A DNA stretch of 36,912 bases, taken from NCBI GenBank assembly GCA_012838395.1, contig DUPI01000053.1, forward strand, positions 1 through 36,912, given 5' to 3'. The DNA is from Mollicutes bacterium (GTDB lineage: Bacteria > Bacillota_I > Bacilli_A > RF39 > UBA660). The notes under the pieces were generated by a model that was not told where the DNA came from, did not search any database, and saw nothing but the letters and a program-made list of their open reading frames with translations. Position 1 is the stretch's first letter; each line of letters opens with the position of its first letter. The position numbers and the translations under genes are program-made. This document shows positions 25,926 to 34,886 of this stretch, in pieces.

Positions 25926-27209
25926 ATGCAAGTAATCACATTAAATAAATTGGATTTAGAACTATATCATGAGAAACTTGACAATGGACTTGATGTGTAT
26001 ATTATTCCTAAAGCAAATATCAATAATGCTTATGTTACTTTTAATACTAAATTCGGTTCTAAACATCAAGAATTTGTTCCAATAGATGGTAAAAAAATGA
26101 TTAAGGTTCCAGACGGAGTCGCTCATTTTTTAGAACACAAATTGTTTGAGCAAGAAGATGGCACTAATCCTTTTGCCTTTTATGCTGAACATGGGGCGGA
26201 TGCTAATGCTAATACTTCTCAACATAAAACTACTTATCTTTTTTCTAGTTCAACTGACTTAGAAAAAAATTTAGAGTTCTTATTAGATTTTGTTCAAAAA
26301 CCTTATTTTACTGATGAAAATGTTGAAAAAGAAAAAGGAATCATTGAACAAGAAATTAAAATGTATCAAGATGATCCATTTTTCACATTATACGAAAAAA
26401 GTATTTATAATAGTATTTGTAAACATCCTATTAAAATCCCCATTATTGGTACTGTAGAAAGTATTAATAGTATCACTAAAGAAGATCTATATGCTTGTTA
26501 TAATACATTTTATCACCCTAGTAATATGTTTTTAGTAATAACGGGAAATGTAAATCCCGAGATAATTTTAAGTGTAATTAAAAACAATCAAAATAAAAAA
26601 GAGTTTATGACCCTAAAGTCTAAGATTAAAATAAAAGATTATAACGAACCAGACAAGGTTGCTAAAACAAAAGAAAAAATTTCCATGAATATTGCTATTC
26701 CTAAAGTTTCTAGCACCTATAAAATTAACATTAGTAATATTTCTGATATTCCTAGAAGAGATATTATTGAATATATCTTACTGTATTTTGAAATGAAATT
26801 TAGTTCAACCTCAGAATTTAATGATAAGTTAAAAGAAATGCACATTATTAACACAAATTTAGATTATATGTTAGTGGATGTGGATACTCATATTTTAATT
26901 ATTATCTTAGCTGAAACAGAAAAACCACAAAAATTATTATCAATGCTTGAAAGTGAAATTAACGAATTTAACGTTGATTTAGAAACTTTTGAAAGAAAGA
27001 AAAAAAATATTATTAGTTCCTATATTTATATGAGTGATAGTATTTTTCGAATTAACAATTGGGTAACTAGTATGATTGTTCGTGAAGGTGAAATAATAGC
27101 TGATGAATACCAGGAAATTAGAAATTTAAGTTTTGATGATTTAAAAAAAATTATCGATAATATAAATTTCGATAATCACAATTATGTTGTTATCAACCCA
27201 AAGAAATAA
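25926..27209 (+). CDS. M16 family zinc peptidase (YmfH-like), HxxEH present
   Basis: 427 aa. GVAHFLEHKLFE (HFLEH) and downstream EKGIIEQEI. Starts 1 nt after the previous stop. Confidence 0.8.
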   Translation: MQVITLNKLDLELYHEKLDNGLDVYIIPKANINNAYVTFNTKFGSKHQEFVPIDGKKMIKVPDGVAHFLEHKLFEQEDGTNPFAFYAEHGADANANTSQHKTTYLFSSSTDLEKNLEFLLDFVQKPYFTDENVEKEKGIIEQEIKMYQDDPFFTLYEKSIYNSICKHPIKIPIIGTVESINSITKEDLYACYNTFYHPSNMFLVITGNVNPEIILSVIKNNQNKKEFMTLKSKIKIKDYNEPDKVAKTKEKISMNIAIPKVSSTYKINISNISDIPRRDIIEYILLYFEMKFSSTSEFNDKLKEMHIINTNLDYMLVDVDTHILIIILAETEKPQKLLSMLESEINEFNVDLETFERKKKNIISSYIYMSDSIFRINNWVTSMIVREGEIIADEYQEIRNLSFDDLKKIIDNINFDNHNYVVINPKK

Positions 27210-27269
27210 ACTTGCATTTATTTCTTAATTATGTTAAATTATTATGTAGTTAGTATTAAGGAGGAAATC

Positions 27270-27482
27270 ATGAAAGTTTTATTAATCATCATTAGCATTC
27301 TATTAATTGCGATTGTCCTTTTGCAAAGTGGAAAAGCAGAGGGTGCTTCTAATGTAATTTCAGGTGGTAATGAAAGTTTATTTGCCAATAGAAAAGAACG
27401 AGGTTCAGAGTTATTTATAAGTAGATTAACTTTAGGTTTGGGAATTGCGTTCTTTGTAATTTGTTTAATAATGGGATTTTAA
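27270..27482 (+). CDS. secG: preprotein translocase subunit SecG
   Basis: 70 aa from the ATG at 27270 with AAGGAGG SD. MKVLLIIISILLIAIVLLQSGKAEG is the typical SecG N-terminus. Confidence 0.85.
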   Translation: MKVLLIIISILLIAIVLLQSGKAEGASNVISGGNESLFANRKERGSELFISRLTLGLGIAFFVICLIMGF

Positions 27483-27510
27483 AAAACAGTTCGAATTGGA
27501 ACTGTTTTTT
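27481..27510. terminator. bidirectional rho-independent terminator between secG and the convergent lipoprotein gene
   Basis: AAAAAACAGTTC - GAATTG - GAACTGTTTTTT. Confidence 0.8.
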
Positions 27511-28376
27511 TAATCATATAATTCATCTTTTAATTTTTCAATATTTTCATTCATTAAAGATATATAATCTAAATTGTTGTTGCGCTCATTTTCGGTTAAA
27601 TTGGTTATCGAATGAAGCACCTCAACTTTAACATCTGTTTCATCAACTAATTTTTTAATCGTATCGTTAATTTCGTCATGTTGTTTTATAAAAATATAAT
27701 TTATTATGTCATCATTAATTAATTTCCTAACATCAGCAATTGTTTTATCAGTTAATTGGTCTGTTTCTTCTAACGATATGACATTAAAGTTATATTTTTC
27801 TAAAAATTTAAAAATATTATTACCGACAACAATAACATTATTAGTGGCATTTTCCGGTAATTGCTTTAAATTAGCATCTAAGTTCGATACCTCTACGTAA
27901 ATCTTTTGATAATTTTCATCAATTTCGTTTTTTAAATAGTGATTATTAATATAATCTTTAAAACCCATTCTTATATTTTGAGTCATCATTAAGAAATTAG
28001 AAGGGTTTAACCATAATTCTTCAATGCCATAATCATAAGTCATAGTTAATGATGAGTCAATAATTTTTATGTTTTTATTATGATTAAACATCGGAATAAT
28101 ATAATCCTTCTCTCGACTTAAGGCATTAAAGATAAATAAACTACTTTTACTATAGTCTTTAATTTGTTTGTCAGTCAAATTATAATTATCAACAATGATA
28201 CCATCAGGATAAATACTATATATATCACTGCGTTCCTTATAAAGGCGGTTAGTAATATATTCAATGGGATAGACGGTTGTATATATTGTTATACCTTCTA
28301 AACTATCTCTTTTAAAACAACCTGATATTGATAATAAAAGAATAAATATAAATATAATTTTAGATAATTTTTTCAT
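27510..28376 (-). CDS. TroA/ZnuA-fold (cluster A-I solute-binding-like) lipoprotein with a non-canonical ligand set
   Basis: 288 aa. Lipobox LLSISG|[16 protein letters not shown]...SIYPDG, EELWLNP and the overall layout resemble Zn/Mn SBPs. No permease or ATPase gene is adjacent. Confidence 0.65.
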   Translation of the reverse strand: MKKLSKIIFIFILLLSISGCFKRDSLEGITIYTTVYPIEYITNRLYKERSDIYSIYPDGIIVDNYNLTDKQIKDYSKSSLFIFNALSREKDYIIPMFNHNKNIKIIDSSLTMTYDYGIEELWLNPSNFLMMTQNIRMGFKDYINNHYLKNEIDENYQKIYVEVSNLDANLKQLPENATNNVIVVGNNIFKFLEKYNFNVISLEETDQLTDKTIADVRKLINDDIINYIFIKQHDEINDTIKKLVDETDVKVEVLHSITNLTENERNNNLDYISLMNENIEKLKDELYD

Positions 28377-28669
28377 GCTTTTTCTCCTTTTTTAATAACA
28401 GGGTCATAACCAGAGGTTCCCCATGGATTACATTTCATAATTCTTTTTATTGTTAAAAAACTTCCTTTTAAACTTCCATATTCATTTATGGCTTCCATTC
28501 CATAATTAGAGCACGTAGGTATATGCCGGCAACTTTGGTGGAAACTACCTGGAATTTTTTGATAACCTTTAATTAAGTATATTAAAAGATGTTTCAAATT
28601 TATCACCAATAATATTATACTAAAAATTGTATAAAAAGTAAATTTAATAAGTAAATTATAATATAGCAT
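28373..28669 (-). CDS. yidD: membrane protein insertion efficiency factor YidD
   Basis: [48 protein letters not shown]. The ATG at 28669 has no SD and adds about 24 atypical residues. A TTG at 28597 with GGTGA 5 nt upstream would give a family-typical length of about 74 aa. The stop overlaps the next ATG (ATGA). Confidence 0.8.
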   Translation of the reverse strand: MLYYNLLIKFTFYTIFSIILLVINLKHLLIYLIKGYQKIPGSFHQSCRHIPTCSNYGMEAINEYGSLKGSFLTIKRIMKCNPWGTSGYDPVIKKGEKA

Positions 28670-28759
28670 AAAGAATATATTTCACACATATTTACTAAAT
28701 AGGGTGACACGTGTTATAATAAAGATAGAAAAGCAGTATTGAAATAAGTGGGAGATAAA

Positions 28760-29419
28760 ATGAAAATATTAAAAGAGTTAGGTATTACTACCGAGAATTA
28801 TGAATTATACGAGCGCGCTTTAACGCACTCATCTTATGCTAATGAGGAAAACATAGAGAGTTATGAACGTTTAGAGTTTTTGGGTGATGCAGTGTTTGAA
28901 CTAATTATTAGCGAATACTTATATTTAAACTGTAATCAGGACGAAGGGATAATGACTAAATTACGAGCTCACTATGTTTGTGAAAATGCATTATATGGTT
29001 ATTCTTTAAAACTTAAATTAAATCAGTATATTAAATTAGGTCGAGGAGAAGAAGAACACGGTGGGAAATATCGCAAGGCTACAGTTGCTGACATTTTTGA
29101 ATCCTTTCTAGGGGCAATGTATATAGACAAGGGTTTGGATGAAGTAAAAAAATTTGTTTATAAATATGTTATACCAATGATTGAGGCAGAACCACTTGAC
29201 TTAATTGGTGATTACAAATCATCTTTACAGGAATTAGTGCAAACAGATAAGCGTAGCTTAGAGTATGTAATTGTTCATGAAGAGGGGCCAGCTCATAAAA
29301 AAATCTTTACTGTAGAAGTTAAAATTGATGAAATTGTTTACGGTCAAGGAAGAGCGACTTCTAAAAAGGAAGCGGAACAATTGGCAGCTAAAGATGCTTT
29401 AAATAAAATAGCAAAATAA
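28760..29419 (+). CDS. rnc: ribonuclease III
   Basis: ERLEFLGDA signature, ADIFESFLGA, and a C-terminal dsRBD (KKEAEQLAAKDAL). ATG at 28760 with GGGAG SD; the track start at 28748 is a GTG. Confidence 0.93.
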   Translation: MKILKELGITTENYELYERALTHSSYANEENIESYERLEFLGDAVFELIISEYLYLNCNQDEGIMTKLRAHYVCENALYGYSLKLKLNQYIKLGRGEEEHGGKYRKATVADIFESFLGAMYIDKGLDEVKKFVYKYVIPMIEAEPLDLIGDYKSSLQELVQTDKRSLEYVIVHEEGPAHKKIFTVEVKIDEIVYGQGRATSKKEAEQLAAKDALNKIAK

Positions 29420-29479
29420 AATTTTAGTTGATTTTATTTAAAAAATGGTGTAGAATAATGGAAATTAAGGGGAGATATC

Positions 29480-30205
29480 ATGGGGAGAGCTTATTCGGTA
29501 AGAAAAGCTAGTATTGAAAAAACAGGAGCTGCAAAAGCTAAATTATACTCATTATATTCAAGGGAGATATATCAAACCGCTAAATCAGGTGGAACTACTG
29601 TTGAATCAAATGCTGCTTTAAAGAGATTAGTGGAACGTGCCAAACGCGAGCAAGTGCCATCTGATATAATTAAACGAGCAATTGATAAAGTTAATTCGGG
29701 AATTGATGAAAGTTATGACAATGTAAGATATGAAATTTTCGGACCTGGTGGCTCAACTTTAATTGTTGATTGTTTAACTGATAATGTTAATCGAACTTTA
29801 AGTTATGTAAGACCAGCACTAAATAAAAATAATGGTAAGTTAGGTGTTAGTGGTAGTGTTTCATATATGTATGATCATTTATCTGTTGTTAGATTTAAAG
29901 GTTTAAATGAAGAAGAAGTTATCGACGCAATGATTTTAAATGATATTGAAGTTGATGATATTGAAAATGATGAGGGTGTTATAACAATATACGCCGGTCC
30001 ACAAGATTTATTTAAAGTTAAAGAAAGTATTAATAAATTACTTCCTAATGTTGAATTTATTGTTGAAGAAATTACAATGATACCCAAAAATACAATTACT
30101 TTAACTGGTGATAATTTAGAATCGTTTAATAAAATGATGACCATGTTAGAAGAAGTAGAAGATGTTCAAAATATATACCATAATGTTGAATTAACTATAG
30201 ATTGA
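29480..30205 (+). CDS. YebC/PmpR family DNA-binding transcriptional regulator
   Basis: 241 aa. The N-terminus MGRAYSVRKASIEKTGAAKAKLYS and the overall sequence are typical of the family. Confidence 0.9.
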   Translation: MGRAYSVRKASIEKTGAAKAKLYSLYSREIYQTAKSGGTTVESNAALKRLVERAKREQVPSDIIKRAIDKVNSGIDESYDNVRYEIFGPGGSTLIVDCLTDNVNRTLSYVRPALNKNNGKLGVSGSVSYMYDHLSVVRFKGLNEEEVIDAMILNDIEVDDIENDEGVITIYAGPQDLFKVKESINKLLPNVEFIVEEITMIPKNTITLTGDNLESFNKMMTMLEEVEDVQNIYHNVELTID

Positions 30206-30215
30206 GGGGGTAAGG

Positions 30216-30437
30216 ATGTATAGTAAATTAAGGAAAATTCGCAATAATAATCAATATACTGTTCAACAAATGGCGGATATGCTAGGCATTAGCAAATCAT
30301 TTTATTCGCAACTAGAAACTCGTAACCGAAGATTATTTTATGATATGGCTGTTAAAATAGCAACAATTTTTAACATGCGACCTGATGAAATTTTTTATGA
30401 TGATCACATCAATAATAAAAAGGAAAAAACAAATTAA
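30216..30437 (+). CDS. XRE-family helix-turn-helix transcriptional regulator (HTH domain only)
   Basis: 73 aa. LRKIRNNNQYTVQQMADMLGISKSFYSQLETRNR. Starts 10 nt after the yebC-family stop. Confidence 0.8.
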   Translation: MYSKLRKIRNNNQYTVQQMADMLGISKSFYSQLETRNRRLFYDMAVKIATIFNMRPDEIFYDDHINNKKEKTN

Positions 30438-30460
30438 AAGTTTTGTTTTTCCTTTTTTTT
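30420..30460 (+). terminator. rho-independent terminator
   Basis: AAGGAAAAAACAAA / TTTGTTTTTCCTT stem followed by a T-run. Confidence 0.7.
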
Positions 30461-30499
30461 CACTCTATATTATGATAAACTAATATTAGAGGTGATTTG

Positions 30500-31795
30500 A
30501 TGAAGCAAGTTAATTTATTACCAGCAGATACATATATCGTTGTTAATAATACAATTTTAAAAAATGATGATCGCCTATTATTAACGATGCTTTATCAACC
30601 AATAATTGGTGGAATAGCAATTAACTTATACTTTACGATGTGGTCAACCTTAGATAAAAGAGAACTTATTTCATCAGAATGGACTCATCATCATTTAATG
30701 TCTAGTATGCGCGTAGATTTAGAAACTCTATTGCAAGCTCGTGAAAAATTAGAAGCAATTGGTCTTTTAAAAACATATATTAAAAAAGGGAGTGTTAACA
30801 GTTATGTCTATGAAATGTACTCACCACTTAATTCTTATGAATTTTTTTCCAATCCCATATTAAATACTGTATTATACAATAATGTTGGAAAAGTTGAGTA
30901 TGAAAGAATAACTACCTATTATAAATTACCAAAGATTAATTTAGAAAATTATACTAATATAACCTGTGCTTTTACGGATGTTTTTACACCAGTTACAGAG
31001 TTACCGGTCGAAACTTTAGCTTCGGATATTAAACGTCATAATTATCGCAGTTTAGAATTAGTTTCTAAAATAGATCTAGATAATATTTTATCAAAAATAC
31101 CGGAAGAGATATTAAATCCAAGAAGTGTTACAAATGATCTTAAAGAATTTATTTATAAATTAAGTTTTATATATAGTTTAGATGATTTTAATACTGAAGA
31201 ATTAATAAAAAATTCAGTCACGGAACAAAGAAAAATTGATAAAGAAGCATTACAAATAAATTGTCAAAATTATTTTAGGTTTGAAAATAATGGTAAATTA
31301 CCATCATTAGCATATAAAAAACAGCCCGAATACTTAAGAAAGAAAATTCATGGCACTAGTAATCGTGATAAAATAATTTATACATTTGAAACAACTTCTC
31401 CGTCTGATTTTTTAAGAGGGCGAAACAATACTTCAATTATTACTAAAAGTGATAGAGATATTTTAACATATCTATTAATCGAATTAAATTTAAAACCAGG
31501 AGTTGTTAATGTTTTAGTTGATTATGTTTTAAAAATTAATAACAATAAATTAATTAAAGCTTTTGTTGAAGCGATTGCTATCCAGTGGAAAAGAAGTAAT
31601 GTTGAAACAGTCGAAGAAGCAATGTTACTAGCTGAAAAAGAATATAAAAATCGTAATAAAAACAAAAAAACAACTAAGGTAACTTCTAAAAAAGAGGAAA
31701 GTGTACCTGAGTGGTTTGATAAAGATATTGAAGCTAAAGTACCTAGCCAAGCTAGTCGTAAAGAAATAGAAGAAATATTAAAAGAATATAAGTAG
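30500..31795 (+). CDS. dnaB: replication initiation and membrane attachment protein (Bacillus DnaB type, DnaD-like domains)
   Basis: The N-terminus matches the B. subtilis DnaB pattern (LYQPIIG...LY.T.W..., EKLEAIGLLKTY, YVYEMYSPL...EFF). Followed by dnaI. ATG at 30500 after AGAGGTGA. Confidence 0.85.
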   Translation: MKQVNLLPADTYIVVNNTILKNDDRLLLTMLYQPIIGGIAINLYFTMWSTLDKRELISSEWTHHHLMSSMRVDLETLLQAREKLEAIGLLKTYIKKGSVNSYVYEMYSPLNSYEFFSNPILNTVLYNNVGKVEYERITTYYKLPKINLENYTNITCAFTDVFTPVTELPVETLASDIKRHNYRSLELVSKIDLDNILSKIPEEILNPRSVTNDLKEFIYKLSFIYSLDDFNTEELIKNSVTEQRKIDKEALQINCQNYFRFENNGKLPSLAYKKQPEYLRKKIHGTSNRDKIIYTFETTSPSDFLRGRNNTSIITKSDRDILTYLLIELNLKPGVVNVLVDYVLKINNNKLIKAFVEAIAIQWKRSNVETVEEAMLLAEKEYKNRNKNKKTTKVTSKKEESVPEWFDKDIEAKVPSQASRKEIEEILKEYK

Positions 31796-31802
31796 GTGAT
31801 GT

Positions 31803-32723
31803 ATGAAAAAAATATCTGATCAACTTGAAAATATGGGATTAAGGAAAACTTTAAATAAGAATTTATTAAATTCTTATAATGAGGCATTGAAAAATAATAA
31901 CTTCAAAGAATTAGTTGAAAAACTTAATATGAAATCAGATAAATTAATGAAATATACTTCGATACTAGAAGAAAGTAGTATTGAATATGGTCATTGCCAA
32001 AAATGTAAAAACCTTTTAGAGTGTCAAAATAAAATAACAGGATATGCCTATTTGCCAATTGTCGTTGATGAAAGTTTAGAGTTTGGTTATCAACCTTGCC
32101 GCTACCAGCGAAAACAGCAAAAAGACACGGCGCACTTAAATAATGTTTACTTATTTGATATTCCAGAAGAATTAAGAAATGCCAAGATGAGTGATATTTA
32201 TAAGGATGATGAAAATCGTTATCCAATCATCTTATGGCTAAATAAATTTAAAAAAGAATATAATCAAAATAAGGCTCAAAAAGGATTGTACTTACATGGT
32301 AGCTTTGGATGTGGAAAAACATATTTAATTTCTGCATTGTTTAATGAGTTAGCTAAAAAAAATATTAAAAGTGCAATTATTTATTGGTCAGAATATTTAA
32401 GAGATTTGAAAAGTTCTTTTCACACAGACTTTTCTGAAAAATTTGAATATATCAAAAAAATACCATTACTATTAATAGATGATATTGGAGCTGAAGTAGT
32501 CACGGAATGGGGACGAGATGAGATTCTTGGTCCGATTCTCCAATATCGTATGCAACAACATTTACCAACATTTTTTACATCAAATCTTGATTTAAAAGCA
32601 TTAGAAAAGCATCTTAGCATAACTAAAGATGGCGTTTCCAATGTCAAAGCAAGAAGAATAATTGAAAGAATTAATCAATTAACGGAAGAACAAGGAATTG
32701 TAAGTAAAAATTTAAGGAAATAG
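31803..32723 (+). CDS. dnaI: primosomal helicase loader DnaI
   Basis: 306 aa. N-terminal Zn module HCQKCKNLLEC, Walker A GSFGCGKTY and Walker B LLLIDDIGAE. Confidence 0.9.
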   Translation: MKKISDQLENMGLRKTLNKNLLNSYNEALKNNNFKELVEKLNMKSDKLMKYTSILEESSIEYGHCQKCKNLLECQNKITGYAYLPIVVDESLEFGYQPCRYQRKQQKDTAHLNNVYLFDIPEELRNAKMSDIYKDDENRYPIILWLNKFKKEYNQNKAQKGLYLHGSFGCGKTYLISALFNELAKKNIKSAIIYWSEYLRDLKSSFHTDFSEKFEYIKKIPLLLIDDIGAEVVTEWGRDEILGPILQYRMQQHLPTFFTSNLDLKALEKHLSITKDGVSNVKARRIIERINQLTEEQGIVSKNLRK

Positions 32724-32732
32724 GGGGAGTAC

Positions 32733-34634
32733 ATGGGTAGTAATTTGGGTGTGCTTAAAGACTTGCTTTTAACTTGTCCACAATGTTCGTGGAGAGAAAT
32801 ATTTGAGATATGTAAAATTGATGATCATAAACAACTTTCAGCAGCATTAATAACATTGTATAAAAATGAAATAAGCGATGCTGTTGAACAATTTGATTGT
32901 CAAGACCCAAACATTAATTTAGAAGATGATCAATATTATAATGAATTACTTAATTGGCTGAACAAGGTAAATGATATAATTGAATCAAAACATTTGTTTT
33001 TTAGAAACTATGAATTAATCGATACCATATGCAGTCATTTAGAAGAATTAATTGCCTTAAATATTGAATCACGTGGTTATGACCAACCAAAAGAAACATT
33101 CGAAAAATCACGTGAAAAATTAGTAGCTAGTCTTAAAAAAAATCAATCAATAGATAATATTGTTAACACCTTAGTTTTTGAAATAAAGGATATCAAGTTT
33201 TTTAAACTTGTTTTTGAAGAGTTTTTTACGGAGTTTAATCAATATTTTAAAAATGAAGCAAATGTTTCTGGTCTGTTTGAAAAATATATTGATCTAACTA
33301 AAGACGAAACAGTTGAAAAATATGACTTTATTTCAATTTCAAAAATAATTTCGTACATAATCAACAACCGAGCGATTGGTTTTAGTGCCAATAAAAGAAA
33401 AGCGAACCTTAATATTTTGAATAGAACTGTTTCTAAACTTAGTAATTCTAAATATAGCAAGCAAGAGCGAAAAAAAATTATTTCATCATTGAATATTTTA
33501 ATTGATTATGCTAAAGACACCAGAGCAACTACTAAACAAGAATTCATTGAAAAAATTAATAACAAATATAAAGTAACTCCCCACTTTAGTACCCAAGTTT
33601 TACAAGAAGCGGATAATCTTAAAAAAATAAATAATAAATTATATACTGATTTAACAAATAAACAGGTTATGACTTTTGATTGTAGTAAGAATGTGTGTCA
33701 TGAGGATGCTTTTTCAATAGAAGTTTTGCCCAACGGTAATTATTTGTTAGGGATATATATTACTGATGTATATAGTTATATTAATGATAAGAGTATTTTA
33801 GAATTTGAAGCTTATAAGCGAGCTAAAACGATTTATTTACCAGAAAAACCATTACCAATATTTCCTGAGAATTTAGTCTACAATCAATTCTCATTAAAAT
33901 CCAAACAAAAAAAATATGTAATGGCTAATTTGTTTGAATTATCACCTACTTGTGACATAGTTGATTATTCAATTAAAAGAGCTATTATTACCGTAGATAA
34001 AAACATGACTTTTAAAGAGCTGGAAAAACAACTAAAAAAAGGAAAAGATCCTAAAATAAATGACTTTTGTTCCAAACTGGTAGATTTGAATGATTCTATT
34101 AAAAAGACTAATCCTGTTTTAAGTAAATATTATAATAAAAGTAGTGGAAATTCCAATATATCATGTTCTGATATTATTGAAAATTTCATGATTTACTTAA
34201 ATTATAATAGTGGAGATGCTTACGGTAAATTAGAATTACCTTGTATTTATAAAATTTATTTTATGAATAAATGTATAAAAAATATTAATAATATGAAACT
34301 AAATAATAAACCTTTAGTTGATGTAGTAATAGATAATTTACAAGAACCACCATACAAATCATTTTATTCAACAAAAAAAAGTGGACATAGTGGTTCCAAC
34401 TTATGTGTTAGTATGTCAACTACAGTTCCGGTTAGAAATTATGCAGCCCTTCAAAATCAGAAATTAATACAAAAGTATTACATTGATAAAGAAAAGATTA
34501 AAGACAGTGAAATTTATAACTTAGAAGAACAATTAGCAATTGTTAGCAACCATTTAAATGAAAAGAATAAATTACTTAATGAATATTCCGAAGAATACCG
34601 CTACGGAATTAAGCGCTATAAAAGAAGAAGTTGA
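32733..34634 (+). CDS. divergent RNB (RNase II/R) domain protein with a novel helical N-terminal half; no CSD or S1 domains
   Basis: 633 aa. GGGGGAG SD; starts 9 nt after the dnaI stop. Residues from about 285 align by eye to RNase II motifs I-IV: MTFDCSKNVCHEDAF, GIYITDV, RAKTIYLPEKPLPIFPENL and TTVPVRNYAALQNQ. Confidence 0.7.
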   Translation: MGSNLGVLKDLLLTCPQCSWREIFEICKIDDHKQLSAALITLYKNEISDAVEQFDCQDPNINLEDDQYYNELLNWLNKVNDIIESKHLFFRNYELIDTICSHLEELIALNIESRGYDQPKETFEKSREKLVASLKKNQSIDNIVNTLVFEIKDIKFFKLVFEEFFTEFNQYFKNEANVSGLFEKYIDLTKDETVEKYDFISISKIISYIINNRAIGFSANKRKANLNILNRTVSKLSNSKYSKQERKKIISSLNILIDYAKDTRATTKQEFIEKINNKYKVTPHFSTQVLQEADNLKKINNKLYTDLTNKQVMTFDCSKNVCHEDAFSIEVLPNGNYLLGIYITDVYSYINDKSILEFEAYKRAKTIYLPEKPLPIFPENLVYNQFSLKSKQKKYVMANLFELSPTCDIVDYSIKRAIITVDKNMTFKELEKQLKKGKDPKINDFCSKLVDLNDSIKKTNPVLSKYYNKSSGNSNISCSDIIENFMIYLNYNSGDAYGKLELPCIYKIYFMNKCIKNINNMKLNNKPLVDVVIDNLQEPPYKSFYSTKKSGHSGSNLCVSMSTTVPVRNYAALQNQKLIQKYYIDKEKIKDSEIYNLEEQLAIVSNHLNEKNKLLNEYSEEYRYGIKRYKRRS

Positions 34635-34658
34635 CAAAAGAAAAAAACATGATAAAAT
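34631..34658 (+). promoter_or_regulatory. sigma-A-type promoter of the thrS leader
   Basis: TTGACA (34631-34636, overlapping the TGA of the RNB-like gene), 16-nt spacer, TGaTAAAAT extended -10 (34650-34658). Confidence 0.6.
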
Positions 34659-34664
34659 TAATAT

Positions 34665-34869
34665 ATCTAAAAACTGTGATTGGGACATGGTTATTAAAAC
34701 TTTATTTTAGAGCAAGTTAGTGTTGATGGAAGACTAATAAATAAATTTAATAATTACTACCTATGAGTTGGGCTCGAAAGATGACCCCGGCAAAGCCGTT
34801 ATCAAAATAAGTTATAAATTAGGATGGCACCGCGTTAAGACGCTCCTTAGAATAGGAGTGTCTTTTTTT
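34665..34869 (+). promoter_or_regulatory. T-box leader (threonine specifier)
   Basis: AGAGC / GTTGATGGAAG stem I elements. Adjacent Thr codons ACU ACC (34756-34761) sit in the specifier region. T-box sequence AAAUUAGGAUGGCACCGCG has its core at 34821-34834. Terminator GACGCTCCT-TAGAAT-AGGAGTGTC plus T7 spans 34839-34869. A thrS gene lies downstream. Confidence 0.85.
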
Positions 34870-34886
34870 GTGAAAGGAGTGATAAA

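Noticed and set aside
27487-27505. GTTCGAATTGGAAC resembles an SOS (Cheo/LexA) box half-site arrangement.
   Set aside because: The orientation is GTTC...GAAC, not GAAC-N4-GTTC. The sequence is simply the stem of the secG bidirectional terminator. No GAAC-N4-GTTC box was seen upstream of uvrA.
31522-31887. 121-aa minus-strand ORF across the dnaB/dnaI junction. Other antisense ORFs of the same kind are 159-392, 3107-3316, 3944-4138, 5101-5283, 7431-7628, 7887-8174, 14093-14308, 14438-14623, 16628-16846, 18159-18392, 21638-21949, 23103-23300, 23456-23725, 25655-25888, 29875-30144, 31924-32226, 32420-32647, 33239-33460, 34819-35019 and 35781-35999.
   Set aside because: All lie opposite confidently identified genes. 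They lack ribosome-binding sites and have no recognisable motifs, so I treat them as frame shadows.
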